A stretch of DNA of 64,000 nucleotides, from NCBI GenBank assembly GCA_010015585.1, contig ML975151.1; one strand, written 5' to 3'. This DNA is from Eremomyces bilateralis CBS 781.70 (taxonomy: Eukaryota). Positions within the stretch are counted from its first letter, which is position 1. Each line of letters starts with the position of its first letter. Positions 37,126-51,260 of the stretch are shown here, in pieces. A model generated the notes under the pieces. That model worked only from the letters and a program-made list of their open reading frames with translations, was not told the DNA's origin and ran no database searches. A program made the translations under genes and the position numbers.

Positions 37126-40100
37126 ATGATGGATCGATTCTCTTCAGAGCAGCTTGAATATTTTCAAGATGGGCAAAACGATATCGATGGCAATCAACAG
37201 CAAGGCCTTGTGGGACAGAACCTAAATTCCTATATGCCGAATTCGCCATACCGGTTTGGGATGCCTGGGTCCTCCGTTCCAAGTCAAAATGCATCTCCTT
37301 TCCTCTTTAGCCCCGGTCCTACCTACTCTGAGCAGTCTCATGCGCAAAACCTTAGCAACGTACCTGCCCAACTCCGAGTTTCCACACCATCTTCAACTTT
37401 CCCGCCCCTCTCTTATCACCAGAGTCCTGCTATAGGCTTGATGCCTGGACTACCACGGACAGATCTCAGTCCGGATCAGTCATGGTTTGGTGACCCGAAT
37501 CTGTTGGTATGTTATCTAGAGGACTTCTTCCCTACCATCACACATTTCCCCTAACTTGGGTACTAGTCCATATCATCCTCGACTGGGCTGTCCGATACCC
37601 TTTCTACCCCCGTTTCAGGACAAGGGACCGTATCCACCTCTAACAATAGTTCCCTACCACCCTTAAGCCTTCCCTTTCAAACAGAGCCAGTTAACAAACA
37701 GACACAACCGGGTCTGGGCCACGCAATGAAACGACATGCAACGGAATCTCCAGCCGAGGGAAGGAAGAGACAAAAACACAACGTTTCCGAGCCAGAAAAT
37801 TCAGTTCACGGACAGAACATGAATAAGTGGAAGCAGCGAGGGCATGGGCAGCGCGAAAACCGTCAGCATGGTGTGCACAATTCACAGCCTCCACCCGGAT
37901 TGGAGGGTTGGTTCGAGGATATGGTAAAGGCCAGTTGGAAAACCACAAATAGGTCTCCCACCAGAGAATGTTTGTCCGGCATTGCGAAAAGCTTCAACCT
38001 GTCGCTCGAGATGGTTGAAGTCTGGACTCACAAGCTCTGTATGGACCAGTCTATCCCCTCCGGCGTAGATCCGACACTGTTATCCGCTCATACGCGGAAC
38101 CTTAACTCTCCGAATCGAAAGCGAGCGACCTCGGCCCCCAGCTCGCCATTGTCGGGCGGCGTTGTGCTTGACCACGAGCTACGGACACGGCTCGAGAAAT
38201 ATGTCCTCGATGCGCAGAGTAAAGATTGCAAGAAAACAAGCAGAAACCCCGATGGCATGTTCCATTGCACATGGAACTGCGGCTACACCACCAACCGGAC
38301 GGATGACTGGCAAAAGCACGAGGAAATCCGCCAACCCCAGAAATTCTGGATTTGTCAGTTTTGCTCGCGCGAGGAGGCAAATATCGCACATAGGGATGAC
38401 AAGATGGTGGAACATCTAGTCGCAAAACACAAGGAAGACCTTTCCCCAGGCAAGCCCTTGGATTCGAAAGGTCTGAAGGGACTTGCAAGGGAAAAGCTAC
38501 CGACGATGCACGTACTACAGTATCGAGAATCTTTCATTCTGCGCTGTGGTTTCGGTGGCTATAAGTTCAAGAGCTGGGACGACAGGAACAAGCATCTCAT
38601 TGCCCATTTCCGTGGAACAATCGAGCCGTCCTCCGCGTTTCCTGCGAACTGGTTAATGCCATGGCCGGACTATATGTCAGACGGATGCAAAAGACGTGAT
38701 GATGCTTCGCCAACGATGAGGAAAGGGAAGAACGCCGCCCCATCCTGGGAAAAGGGAGACCCGGGATACTCTAATTCGCACAATCGTACGACCAGCGAAG
38801 GCAACCCGGCCTTCCCCGCAAACTCCACTGAACACAACCAGCTTTCGTCCTGGGTTTCAGAAGACCTTAGCTTCATGGACCTTGGAGGCACGAAACTGGA
38901 AAGTTCGACTGCCGGCCTTCGCATTCTCGACCAAAACTTCATCTCTCTTCGTACCATTGCGAAACTTGGCACCGGCGTCACGGCCGAAGTAGACAAGGTT
39001 CGGGCTGAAGACGGAACGGAGTACGCGAGGAAGATGGTGAAGAACCCTCGACGACGCCCGTCGATAATGCAAAGATTGGTGCACGAATCACATATCATGC
39101 GGTCCATGGCGCACGAATCCCTCGTAACCTTCGTTGCTCTGGTTCAAGAAGGCGAGAGGCTGTATCTTCTCATGACTCCAGCCGCCGAACTGGATCTGGA
39201 ACAATTCTTGAGAGGAGAGGAGTCCAGGGTTGCCCTGGAGTCAAGTTTGATTGATCTCTGCTCGTCTGCAGCGGAAGGCTTGTCCTACATGCATCGCCAT
39301 CAAGTATACCACCGGGACCTCAAACCAGCGAATATTCTGGTTCACAATCGGAAGCTGTTGCTCGCCGATTTCGGTTTATCTTATCGATCGAAGGATGAGG
39401 TTAAATCGTCCATTCGCAACGCACCCTCCCCGATGTATGCCGCCCCCGAAGCCGCTCGAGGATCTCCGCACGGAATGCAGTCCGATGTTTTTTCACTGGG
39501 ATGCGTCTTCCTCGAGGTTCTTGCCGTGCGCCTTGGTGAATCTGTGGGCGACGTCCACGCGGCACTCGGCATGTCCAAGGACACCGGTCGACGCGCAACA
39601 TATCGTGAAAAGATCGGAGAGATTATGGATTGGATCTCTAGCCGATGCTCGCCCCAAGAGCTCGATCGAAAAATGTGCGACCTGGCTAGAGCTATGATGG
39701 ATCCGCTACCTCAACGCAGGCCAACCGCTACCCAGGTTCTCGAGACATTGCACCAGCTCCAGGTTCCAGGCTTGCATGGCGCTTTGGAGAACCATCCTGG
39801 CCTTGTTTCATCGCCAGTCAATTCCGAGGAAACTGGAGCTGTCCAAAGTTTGGGGCCGTCAACCTGGTGGACAATTAAGTTCCAATTGCAGAACTATTTC
39901 CTGGCTCTGAGCCAGATTGTCCGGTTTGACTCACATCGAATCTCCCACGGCCCAGGCAATCCGATTGCATTTGGAAACGATACAATGCAGTCATACCCAG
40001 CACGATTGTTAGACTTGAGCCAATATACTCCAGAGGAGGAGAGAGTTCGACTAGTTCTGGCTTCCATGGTCAAACCGTCCGCGGCCTACGTGGCTTTGAG

Positions 40101-41292
40101 CCATATATGGTCACCATCGGACGAGATCTGCACAACGCGTCAGTCGCTTGCACAGTTTGAGAGAGCAATCCATTGGAATATTCTTCCGTTGAAAGTTCAA
40201 GACGCATTGCGAGCAACAGTCCGGATGGGATGGAGATATCTCTGGGTCGACACTCTCTGCATTGTCCAAGATGATGAAAAAGAGCGGCAAGAAGCGGTGT
40301 TAAAGATGTCGCGGATTTACTCAAGCGCCATAGCGGTCATCATCGCCATATCTGAGCTCGATAGTCCCACTGGTGCAAACGACTCGGTTGCAACATCCAC
40401 GCTGTGGTCGCCAGCGAAATCAAAACCCTTCACTTCGGGATCCTTCACACTTGTCCACCGCTCTAAAGAGACAGCCAGGTATTCATTATCGCAAGCTTCC
40501 AACCCGACCGCGTCTGTCTTAGATAGATTCACGGTCAACGTGCAATCTGACCCGCAGAATAGTTCATCACGATGGTGGATGATCCAGAAAACACCAATAA
40601 TTAGGTCAATACAAAGCACGTCTTGTGGTCCATACCCCCATAAGCCCTGCCGAGTCTGTATCGGTCGCAGAGTCCGGCGCGCAACACGGCTTCTGCAGAC
40701 TCTGGCGCGGCTTGTCGGGCAAACCAAAGGAGTGAGTACCACTACTTCGAAGCCATATGACATCCCTACTAACGGAATCCAGGCTGCCCGAAGGACGCAT
40801 TTGCGGCAGAAATCCATCACCGGTGAAGCCAGCCCCGGCGCCCAAGTCCAACCAAGCCCACTGTACACCGATGTCATTGGCATCGGCGGCGGCGACTGCG
40901 GCGGATTCGACGACAGCTCTCTATTCCCAACGCGCCGGGACTTCTCCGGCCTTGGTGTGAATTCCGCATACGGGGCATACGTCAGCGCACCGAATCCACT
41001 CCCTCCATCCGATGAAGATGAAGGCTATCTCAGCGCGTCGGAGCATTGCTCCTTAAGCGATCGCGACCTAATGCGCGACCTAGACGAAGGCACGGATTTG
41101 GGAGAGCTAGACAATTTGGCGCCAGACGTGCAGGCCGAGCTTCGTGCGTGCATCGGAATTGGGATGTATACCATGCCTGTGGCAACTGCGAGTGTCGATC
41201 CGGAGCATGTGAAATGGTGGAATCTGAATGATGTTAGCTCGTGGGTATCGACGATTGAATCTTCGGTCTCGGACGTGTGTGACCTGATTTAA
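37126..41292 (+). CDS. Multidomain protein: homeodomain-like + C2H2 fingers + Ser/Thr kinase + HET domain, 2 exons (~1370 aa)
   Basis: Intron 37507-37566 (GTATGT..CTAAC..TAG) joins ORF 37102-37554 in frame to 37726-41292. LEGWF...SPT...IAKSFNLSLEMVEVW; CTWNCG...WQKHEE, WICQFC...HLVAKH; LGTGVTAEV, YARK, HRDLKPANIL, DFG, YAAPE, SDVFSLGC; PARLLDL, YVALSHIW, QDAL...GWRYLWVDTLCIVQDD...MSRIYSSA. Confidence 0.85.
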
Positions 41293-41674
41293 CCCTTTCC
41301 CACCTGTGGATCCGTTCATTTCGTTCAGAGGTGAAGGGGTTTTTTTTTATTTGACTGAGCGTTCCCAGCCGAGATACCCGTCTGTTTTTCCTGAACATGT
41401 TCTCTTATATGACGACAATGCGGCATTTCATAGTCCCTGAATATATCACTAGAATCTATAACCATATAGGGAATACCGTACATTGAGGGACCTCGTAGTA
41501 TCGTACCCTTCGCGTCCCGAATTGTGCCAAGAGCACTTTTCGGGGCAATGCCCAGTCTATCCGAGATCTAACCATAGTCTAACCATTGTCCATAGACGCC
41601 GAGCCCCGATCCATATCTAGCCGCGTCTCGTTAAATTATCGCAATGAACCGTCAAGGCCTGGATGGCAAGCTCT

Positions 41675-42496
41675 TCACCCCGCCCGAATCTGCGCGAGTG
41701 ATGGCACGTTGGCCTCCTGATAATGTCCCAGAAGTTTCTCCATGTCGCCGTCGTCCATATCACATAGATCCTCCAATGGCCATGCCTCGCAGACCTTCGA
41801 CATCCTTCAAGCGACAGTCAGCACTCATCATCCCATCTACACCAAGATGCTCACCATTTCATCCGCTTCGGCCCCTCCTCCGCCGTCGTTGCCACCTCCC
41901 TCAACTTCCTCCGCAGCTCCCCCACCTTCAGAATCGCCGCTCCCGCATTCTCCGGCAACCCCTCCGCCACCTTGCGCCTCACAATATTCGCCATCTTTGG
42001 CCCGTTCCCGTTCGTGCTGACCATGATCTGCAGCGGCCCGTCGCGGTGCACGCTGCCGAAGTAGAAGTCGCACTCGGGCGGCACGTCCGCGATGTTCGCG
42101 GGGATGCGCCGCGCCTGGCAGAGCTGGTAGACCTCTGTCGAGGCGGCGGGGTCGTCGACGGCGCAAAGGACCATGGCGGCGTCGTCGAGGTCGGAGGGCG
42201 CGAAGGGGCGGTCGATGTGAGTGACTTGGCCGGCGGCGATGCGGTGGGCGACTTCGTCGTTGAGGCCGGAGCGGGGGCAGACGACGGTGACGTGCGCGTC
42301 GGCGTTTAGGACGTGGACGATGCGGCCGGCTGCGACCTGGGATGGAGATATGTCAGGAACGTTGAACGGAAGGGATTTGTTTCGATGGAGGGGCAATTAC
42401 CTCACCACCGCCGATGACGAGGACATTCTTCCCTCGAACTTGCCAGGCGAGGATCAAGGATCCTCCACCTTGGATCTCGGGATATTTGCTGGCCAT
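41675..42496 (-). CDS. MET8: Precorrin-2 dehydrogenase/sirohydrochlorin ferrochelatase (siroheme biosynthesis), 3 exons
   Basis: GGGSLILAWQVRGKNVLVIGGGE/VAAGRI, NIADVPPECDFYFGS, LQIMVSTNGNGPK, RMKW/MSKVCEAWPL. Confidence 0.93.
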
Positions 42497-43329
42497 TCTC
42501 GCGACGGACGGGACATTGCTAGATGAAGGAGGTGAAGCTTCCGTGGAATTGTTGTCGAGAACCCTGGGCCACATGTGGGGAGCATCCGCAACATCATATC
42601 TGCCGTCATCGCTGGATCCTGGGCGTTTGACCTCGCCTTCGTTTGAATTTTGATAGTTGGGCTTCATATTTACTAGCTACGTACCGGTATCTACTACATC
42701 TACAGATTGCATTCATACTCTGTTTAACAGTCTAGGCAAGTTTGCCTATGTTCCGATGGGTAAATATAGGCGCAGGTTGCTACGTTTTGTAACGTAGTCA
42801 CTCCTGTCAACCAAGCACTCGAACAACGATTGTGACCACATGATCCGTCTTTTACTCTCCCGTAGATATATGGCTTGATGGTGGTATTAGGATAGTTTCT
42901 AGGATATCGAATATTTTCAATATTTCTACACCAGCGTCTCACAATGGAGCGGTGGGCCAAAACGAAGTCACAGTGCAAGTGTGGGATCAAGCTGGAATTC
43001 TGACCAATTTTGATTTCTATTGTGAGCGAAAAGCTAACGGAACACCTCGGTGAAACTTGGGGAGAAGGGGGAGGAAAGAAGTGAAACATTGTGTCATTCG
43101 GACTTTTGTGTGTGTGTGAAATCCATCGTCATACCCATCGTGAATGCAACCATGCCACACCATCCGTGGCGTCGAATAGGGCGAGTGCCTCATCTCGTTT
43201 CGCGAGGAGAGAGAAACCCGTCCAATAATGCAACGACGTGCCGTGGAGCATGTGTAATTCTCGCTCATTCATCACAGAAGCCACGAAGCTTTTAATATCT
43301 CTAATCGGTGTCTATGACGGTTCGAGGCA

Positions 43330-43604
43330 GGGGTTCGTGGATCGCGTGAAAACGGGAAGAAGCCGAGCGGTAGTCGTTCGTGGGAAAAGTTTCGTTTTCC
43401 GGTTCGAAAAACCCCGCGATCGTGAATCCCATGATAGAAACCAAAACACGGAAATCGAGTCTCGCTTCTGAATCCGAAGAGAGATTACCTTTTTCCGAGG
43501 CATCCGCGCCGGTTTCTCTGACGAAGTGAACGTGCGCGAATCGCTTTCTCAAAAGCAGCGACCATTCGCAGATTCACCTCAGAGACATGCAGCGCGATCT
43601 ATGC
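43330..43604. other. Two imperfect stem-loops downstream of DED1 (putative structured 3' UTR)
   Basis: Nested reverse-complement blocks GCAT/ATGC, CGCGC/GCGCG, TCTCTGA/TCAGAGA, GTGAA/TTCAC, GCGAAT/ATTCGC, CGCT/AGCG over 43500-43604; GATCGCG/CGCGATC and GAAAACG/CGTTTTC over 43340-43421. Confidence 0.5.
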
Positions 43605-43791
43605 AGACGGGGTATTTTGAGACGATTAAGGACTTCGGGTCGGTCTGTCAAGTCCTGACGAAAAGAAAAGCCGATGAAAACCGATGATGCGAATCCGAAA
43701 CAGAAAAGGGGAAGAAAAGGGAAGTTGCACGAGTCTATTGCGCAGAGATGGCCGCGAGGGGGCCGGTTCGTGGGTCTTGAAGGGACGTCGT

Positions 43792-45963
<2,172 letters not shown>

Positions 45964-47197
45964 TTTGAATCGGTCGGTCGTTGCTTGAATGACTGGTATC
46001 GAATGGTTGCAAGAGTTTTTACTTGGTGTCGATGCTCAGTGGCAAAGCTTTTATTTTGATCGAGAGTTGTGTGTTGAGTCGAAACGGAGCACAACAAAAG
46101 ATTTGAGATTAGCGAGAAATCCAAACGTTCGTCTGGAGGCGTCTTCGCAAGAGAAAAGCAGAGTTCCTTAGAAGGCTGCTTTTGCTTAGGATGGAAACGA
46201 AAACGTGTTTTGGTTGGGTTCGTGTTCTCGTCGAAAGGAGAACGAACAGTGGCAATGTCAATCGACGTTCAGGTCGACAGGCAGAAGCAAAGCCCAAGCA
46301 AAAGCACCGAGTGGGGAATAGATCAGACGCAACTTTCCCTGTAGAGACTGACAGGAAAAGCAGAAATGAAAGGAATGAGGAGTATTGAGGTGAATTTTGG
46401 ATGTCGAGGAGAAAGGGTGTTTGGGGAGAGAGTGATGAAGGTTTTGAGAGAGAGGGAGAGAAGTGATGAGAAAGTGCTAAGAAAGTGCTGGTGCAAGAAA
46501 TTTTGGGGATGGCCAGTGGGTACTTTTACGGGGGTTCAGTGTATTGAAAAATACTAAAGTCTTTGCCCCCAAGCAAAATGCCCCTATAATTTTGCCTAAA
46601 GGGGAATGGTCAGTGTCTTAGCTGTCACGAAAAGTGACAAGTCATGTGTTCCAGGCACTTCCAGCCCGAAAGATGCGATGACTTGGACGGTACACTTCAG
46701 CTGAGTTCAGGACAAGCAAGTCGATTACAGGAGGAACCGCCCAGGTACTCAACCGATCTCTCTGAACCGTTGATTGTAATATCTTTGTCCACAAGACCCA
46801 AGACCTAAAGCCTTGTTTACTAACTTATAAAATCGGAATCTATGTATTGTGGACGCCTCTTCACTGTTGAACAGTTCCGCCACAAGTAGATGCACTAACC
46901 AACTGATGGTGTCGCCTCAGTTAGCCTTGGACTCGTTATGACGCCATCTGATGGACTTGTAAAATGTAAATGGTATATCTCAATCACCGTAGTCAAAATG
47001 GAGTCCTGGAAACAAAAAGATCTGCGTCATCATCATCGGAAGCACTTCTTGAAAGTTGAAGCAGTCCTTGAAAGTTGGAACACTCCTTCAAGGCTCTCTT
47101 GCAAGATCATAGGAATAAGGCATCTACGCTTGCGCGTGTGGGACGAGGTTTAAGAAGATCAGGAGTCATCGTTGGTTATTCAAGGAGTCGATATTTA

Positions 47198-47478
47198 TCA
47201 AGCCACGCTACCCTTCTCTCCCCAGGTCGCCGCGGCTGGGCTAGGCTTCTGCACTCTGAGAAACCCATACACGAGACCAAGGATAATAGCCAGGAAAAAC
47301 GCCTTTTGCAACAGCGTCAACCCTTCGCCCAGCTCACCGTGTCCCTCCTTTCCGCCGACGGGCTTCGTCTGCGCCTCCGACCCCTCGGTCGTCGACATCG
47401 GTCCCGGGTGGTTGAGCGGCGACTCCGCGACATCTAAGGACTCGCCCGCGATCATGGTCTCCGCGCTGCCGACGAGAT
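47198..47478 (-). CDS. Predicted alternative terminal exon of cyclophilin B encoding a transmembrane anchor
   Basis: Branch-like CTTAC and AAG acceptor at 47479, then in-frame (D)LVGSAETMIAGE...LLQKAFFLAIILGLVYGFLRVQK...EKGSVA*. Confidence 0.6.
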
Positions 47479-47683
47479 CTTGGGCGGAGAACAGAAGTAA
47501 GAATCTCAACGTATAAGAGCAGCAGATGGGGAAACACGACAATGTGAACGAGAAATTTATAGCTCCACGCTTCCAACGAGATCTTTGGCAGGGAACAGAA
47601 CTACAGAAGTAAGAATCTGAACGTATAAAGGCAACGGACGGGGAAACACGGTGGATGTGAACGAGAAATTTATAGCTCCGCGC
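47459..47683 (-). repeat. Tandem duplication (~113 + ~104 bp) spanning the cyclophilin B stop codon and downstream splice acceptor
   Basis: Both copies read GCG(C/T)GGAGCTATAAATTTCTCGTTCACAT...GTGTTTCCCC...TTATACGTT.AGATTCTTACTTCTGT...CC.AAGATCTCGT.GG.A on the minus strand. Confidence 0.92.
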
Positions 47684-48546
47684 GAATACCTTCTTCGGGT
47701 ATGTCCAACTCGCCGCTCTTGGCGATGACCACGGGCACTTTGGGCGTGTCGCCTGAGCCCTTCTTGACGTTCTGGACCTTGTCGACGATCTCGTAGCCTT
47801 CCAGGACTTCGCCGAAGACGACGTGGCGGCCGTCGAGCCAGGAGGTAATGGCGGTGGTGATGAAGAATTGGCTGCCGTTCGTGTCTTTGCCGGAGTTGGC
47901 CATGCCTAGACATGTCAGTCGCTCCGCGTTCCCTATCATGACTGGCATTCTTACTGAGAAGGCCCTTCTTGGTGTGCTTGAGCTTGAAGTTCTCATCGGG
48001 GAACTTGTTGCCGAAAATGGACTTGCCGCCAGTGCCTAAACTCGTTAGAATCCCAATTCGAAGTCTTGAAGAACCGCCTTACCATCGCCATTGGTGAAGT
48101 CCCCTCCTTGGATCATGAAGTCTTTGATCACACGGTGGAAAGTAGATCCCTCATATCCAAAGCCCTTCTCGCCAGTAGCCAGAGCTCTAATTTCGATCAG
48201 TTCGGGTCCTTGCGTGTTGTGTTTGCCTGGTCTTACCGGAAGTTATCCGCAGTCTGTCGCGCCAATTAGCTACATCCTTTCGAGAGCATTGGGCATTTCC
48301 TTACCTTGGGGACAGTGCCGCCATAGAGGCCGATCACGATGCGGCCGAGTTCCTCATCGCCGTGCTTGATGTCGAAGTAGACCTGCTCATGTTCAGCACT
48401 CCGACTAACAGCGCACTTCAACGATTTCCCCTCACCTTGCTTGTGATCTTCGGGCCCTTCGCTGCTTCCGACGTCTGCGCAAAGAACATGACAGCGAAGG
48501 CCAAGATGGCCAGCACCGAAAGGACGAACCTAGGGAACGAAGGCAT
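47670..48546 (-). CDS. CPR5: ER cyclophilin B (peptidyl-prolyl cis-trans isomerase B), multi-exon
   Basis: Signal peptide [80 protein letters not shown]...[12 protein letters not shown]; ends EEGIRAEL* (HDEL-like). Confidence 0.95.
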
Positions 48547-48937
48547 GGTGAACGATGGAAGGATGGGTAGCTGGAGTTACCCAAGAAAGAGTGGCACGAT
48601 TTCTTATATGGAGGAACGAAGCTCCTTTTCAATCAACAGGAACTGGTCTGAAACGCTTTTGTCACAGATCGTGCTTCTGCAGGTCTTTATCCAGAAGGAC
48701 AAGTGGTTTCGACCGGGACTCTGGGACTGGAGTAGTCTAGCTCTTGACAGGGGCTGCAGAGGAGGCTAACCCGAATGTGTATTTGTCACGTGATCAATGC
48801 CAAGCCATACAATGCATCCTTGACACCAAAGTTGGAGCTCGTCACGGAGGATGCGATGATCGGAGTATCCGAGGAGCAGAGCCTTAAATATCGCTATCAA
48901 CCGTCTCTGAAAGTGTCGTGAAAGACAATTGGTCAAG

Positions 48938-49470
48938 ATGGTATATTATCTAAGAGCCGACTTGCGAACCACACTGACATTTCCAGGTCTTCATCCTCGG
49001 GAATCCCTTCCTGGATACCCTCCTCGTCAAGGTGATTACACTCCATCGTCGCCCGTATGAGGTTGCCTGGAGCGAAATGCACTGACGCCGCGATCAGAAA
49101 GCCCTCGAGTCCTTCTATGGCATCGGCCCCGTGGTCTCCCGCAATGTGATGGCGCGATTCCACATCCACCCCACGATGAAGGTTGGCTCATTGAAGGACC
49201 AACAGCTCTTGGAACTCAATGCGCAGCTATCGACGATGAACATCGACAACGATTTACGGCGGGAGATGAGGGACAATATCAAGAAACTGAGGGATATTGG
49301 CTGCTATCGGGGGAAACGGCATGCGATGGGTCTCCCGGTCCGTGGGCAGAACACAAAAAACCAGGTAAGAAACGGTCGTCCGTATTGCTGGGTAGTTTAC
49401 AGATGCTGATCTCCATTTGCAATAGATCAAGAGCGCACAGCGGTTGAATCGGATCGAGAGGAGGAATTAG
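48938..49470 (+). CDS. SWS2: Mitochondrial small-subunit ribosomal protein uS13m, 4 exons
   Basis: ATG/VFILGNPFLDTLLVK/KALESFYGIGP...IKKLRDIGCYRGKRHAMGLPVRGQNTKNQ/IKSAQRLNRIERRN*; S13 signature YRGxRH..GLPVRGQ.T. Confidence 0.92.
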
Positions 49471-49962
49471 ACGATTGGAGGCGCTCCAGCAATTCTACGC
49501 ATGTTGTTTCGCATCTAGCTAGGCGTTATTGGGTCGGTCACTCGAGGAGAAGGATTGTCGGCAACTGGGCACAGATAGCCACGCATTATATGGAATTGGG
49601 AGAGCAAAAATATGCGCCCATCACTCAGCAGCTTTGCCTGAGACATTGTACAATAGATTCCACTCGGACGTATGAGCCTCTATCATAGGCAATACAAATT
49701 ACAGCTACATATGTGTACCCATTCAATTCGATTCCCATCAAAATCGCGGTTTCAACATCAAGGCGTCTACGCAAAGACGAAATGTACTGCCAATCATTGC
49801 GCTCCTCTCCACAGGCTCCGAAGAACCGCGAGAGCACCGCACCCAAGATCGATAGTTGGTGGTCTGTTCTCCACTCCACGTGACGATTCTCGATATCATA
49901 GAACCTGGAAGGGCCTCCCTCGAAAATGCTTTTGTGGGTGTTGTTTTTTTGCGTTGTTCATA

Positions 49963-49980
49963 AAGAAGAAGAAGAAGAAG
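49963..49980. repeat. (AAG)6 microsatellite
   Basis: aagaagaagaagaagaag read directly. Confidence 0.85.
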
Positions 49981-51260
49981 AACAGGAAGAAGGCTCGCCA
50001 AAGTTTTTTTTAAAGAGCGAGGAAGTATTGCACAGATGGATTCAATGGTCCGCTGTAGCACATCCCCGATAAGAATTAATTATGGTATTCCACCTTGGGC
50101 TTGAAATTTAGAAGAAACACACTGAACTCCACGCTCATGCTGTGATATCAGATTTTATGGGAATTATGATCTTTTGATGTCCTATTACACCCTCCCTAAC
50201 ATGACCAATCTAATCAGTGGCGCGGTCGTGCTGATTTAGGCTGCTCCGTCGCCTGAATCGCCTATATTCTTCCTTAGTGGTAGGGTCACAATACAAACCT
50301 CGAAACTAGTTTAACAACAAACCCTTGGGAGACACTGCAGTTATTGACATTCAGGTTCAGCCACATGTGGGTACAGACATCGACACCGAATGATGATAGG
50401 AACACAAACCGTGGTCCTCAGACTCGCCCCCATATCCCGAAAGCAAGGGGTCCTTCTCAAATAGACTTTGTGATTCCAGCGCAGCAGCACATGCAGTGAG
50501 TTTAAAAAGAGGGGGCTGCCAATGTCACACGTATGGCACCTGATAATAGAGCTCGAGATACTTATATGAATTCGCCAAGCTTACCAGGAGAGGTCCCGTG
50601 TACGAATATCTGACGACGAAGACGGGTACGAAAGACTACGTAAACAGTCACGACGTAGGAAAGGAATGATTACGATTATACGTATTCCTATCCAGTCTCC
50701 AAGACTCCAATGTCAGATCCATAGCTCTGGGTCGAAAGGTGATCGTGCTTGCCTATGGCATTAAAGCAATACATACGAAGTACTCCGTAAACACTGCAGG
50801 TTTTAGTTACACGTTCCGCTCCTTTCCTTGCAATATGCAGTGGTCCGCTGTCCAAATGTACAGCACTCGGGTCCGGACTCAGGCGGTAAGTCATAGTGCG
50901 CCCAGGAGCACGCAGCCGGGAACAGAGGAACCCAGAATGATTTAATAGCAAGAGCGGCTCTTTACTGTTACATCTGTATAAACCATCTTAGGATGAAATA
51001 AGTGCGAATTGTGATACTTCCATCTGACTGGAGGACTGCCTTTTCAGTTCGGAGCAATACTTGGGGAACCCTTTCCCCTAATCCATATACGGAAACCCAG
51101 ACTCTCCAACCCCATGATTCCATCAACGGATGAACAACATCCAACATAAACTTTCCCCGCCAAAACCCTCACCACGTCGCCACCTCCACTCAATCTACAA
51201 TCCTTTAGACTTCATGTCGCTCGCTAATTCCCATTATCCATCTTTGAAGAGGTTTTCCAC

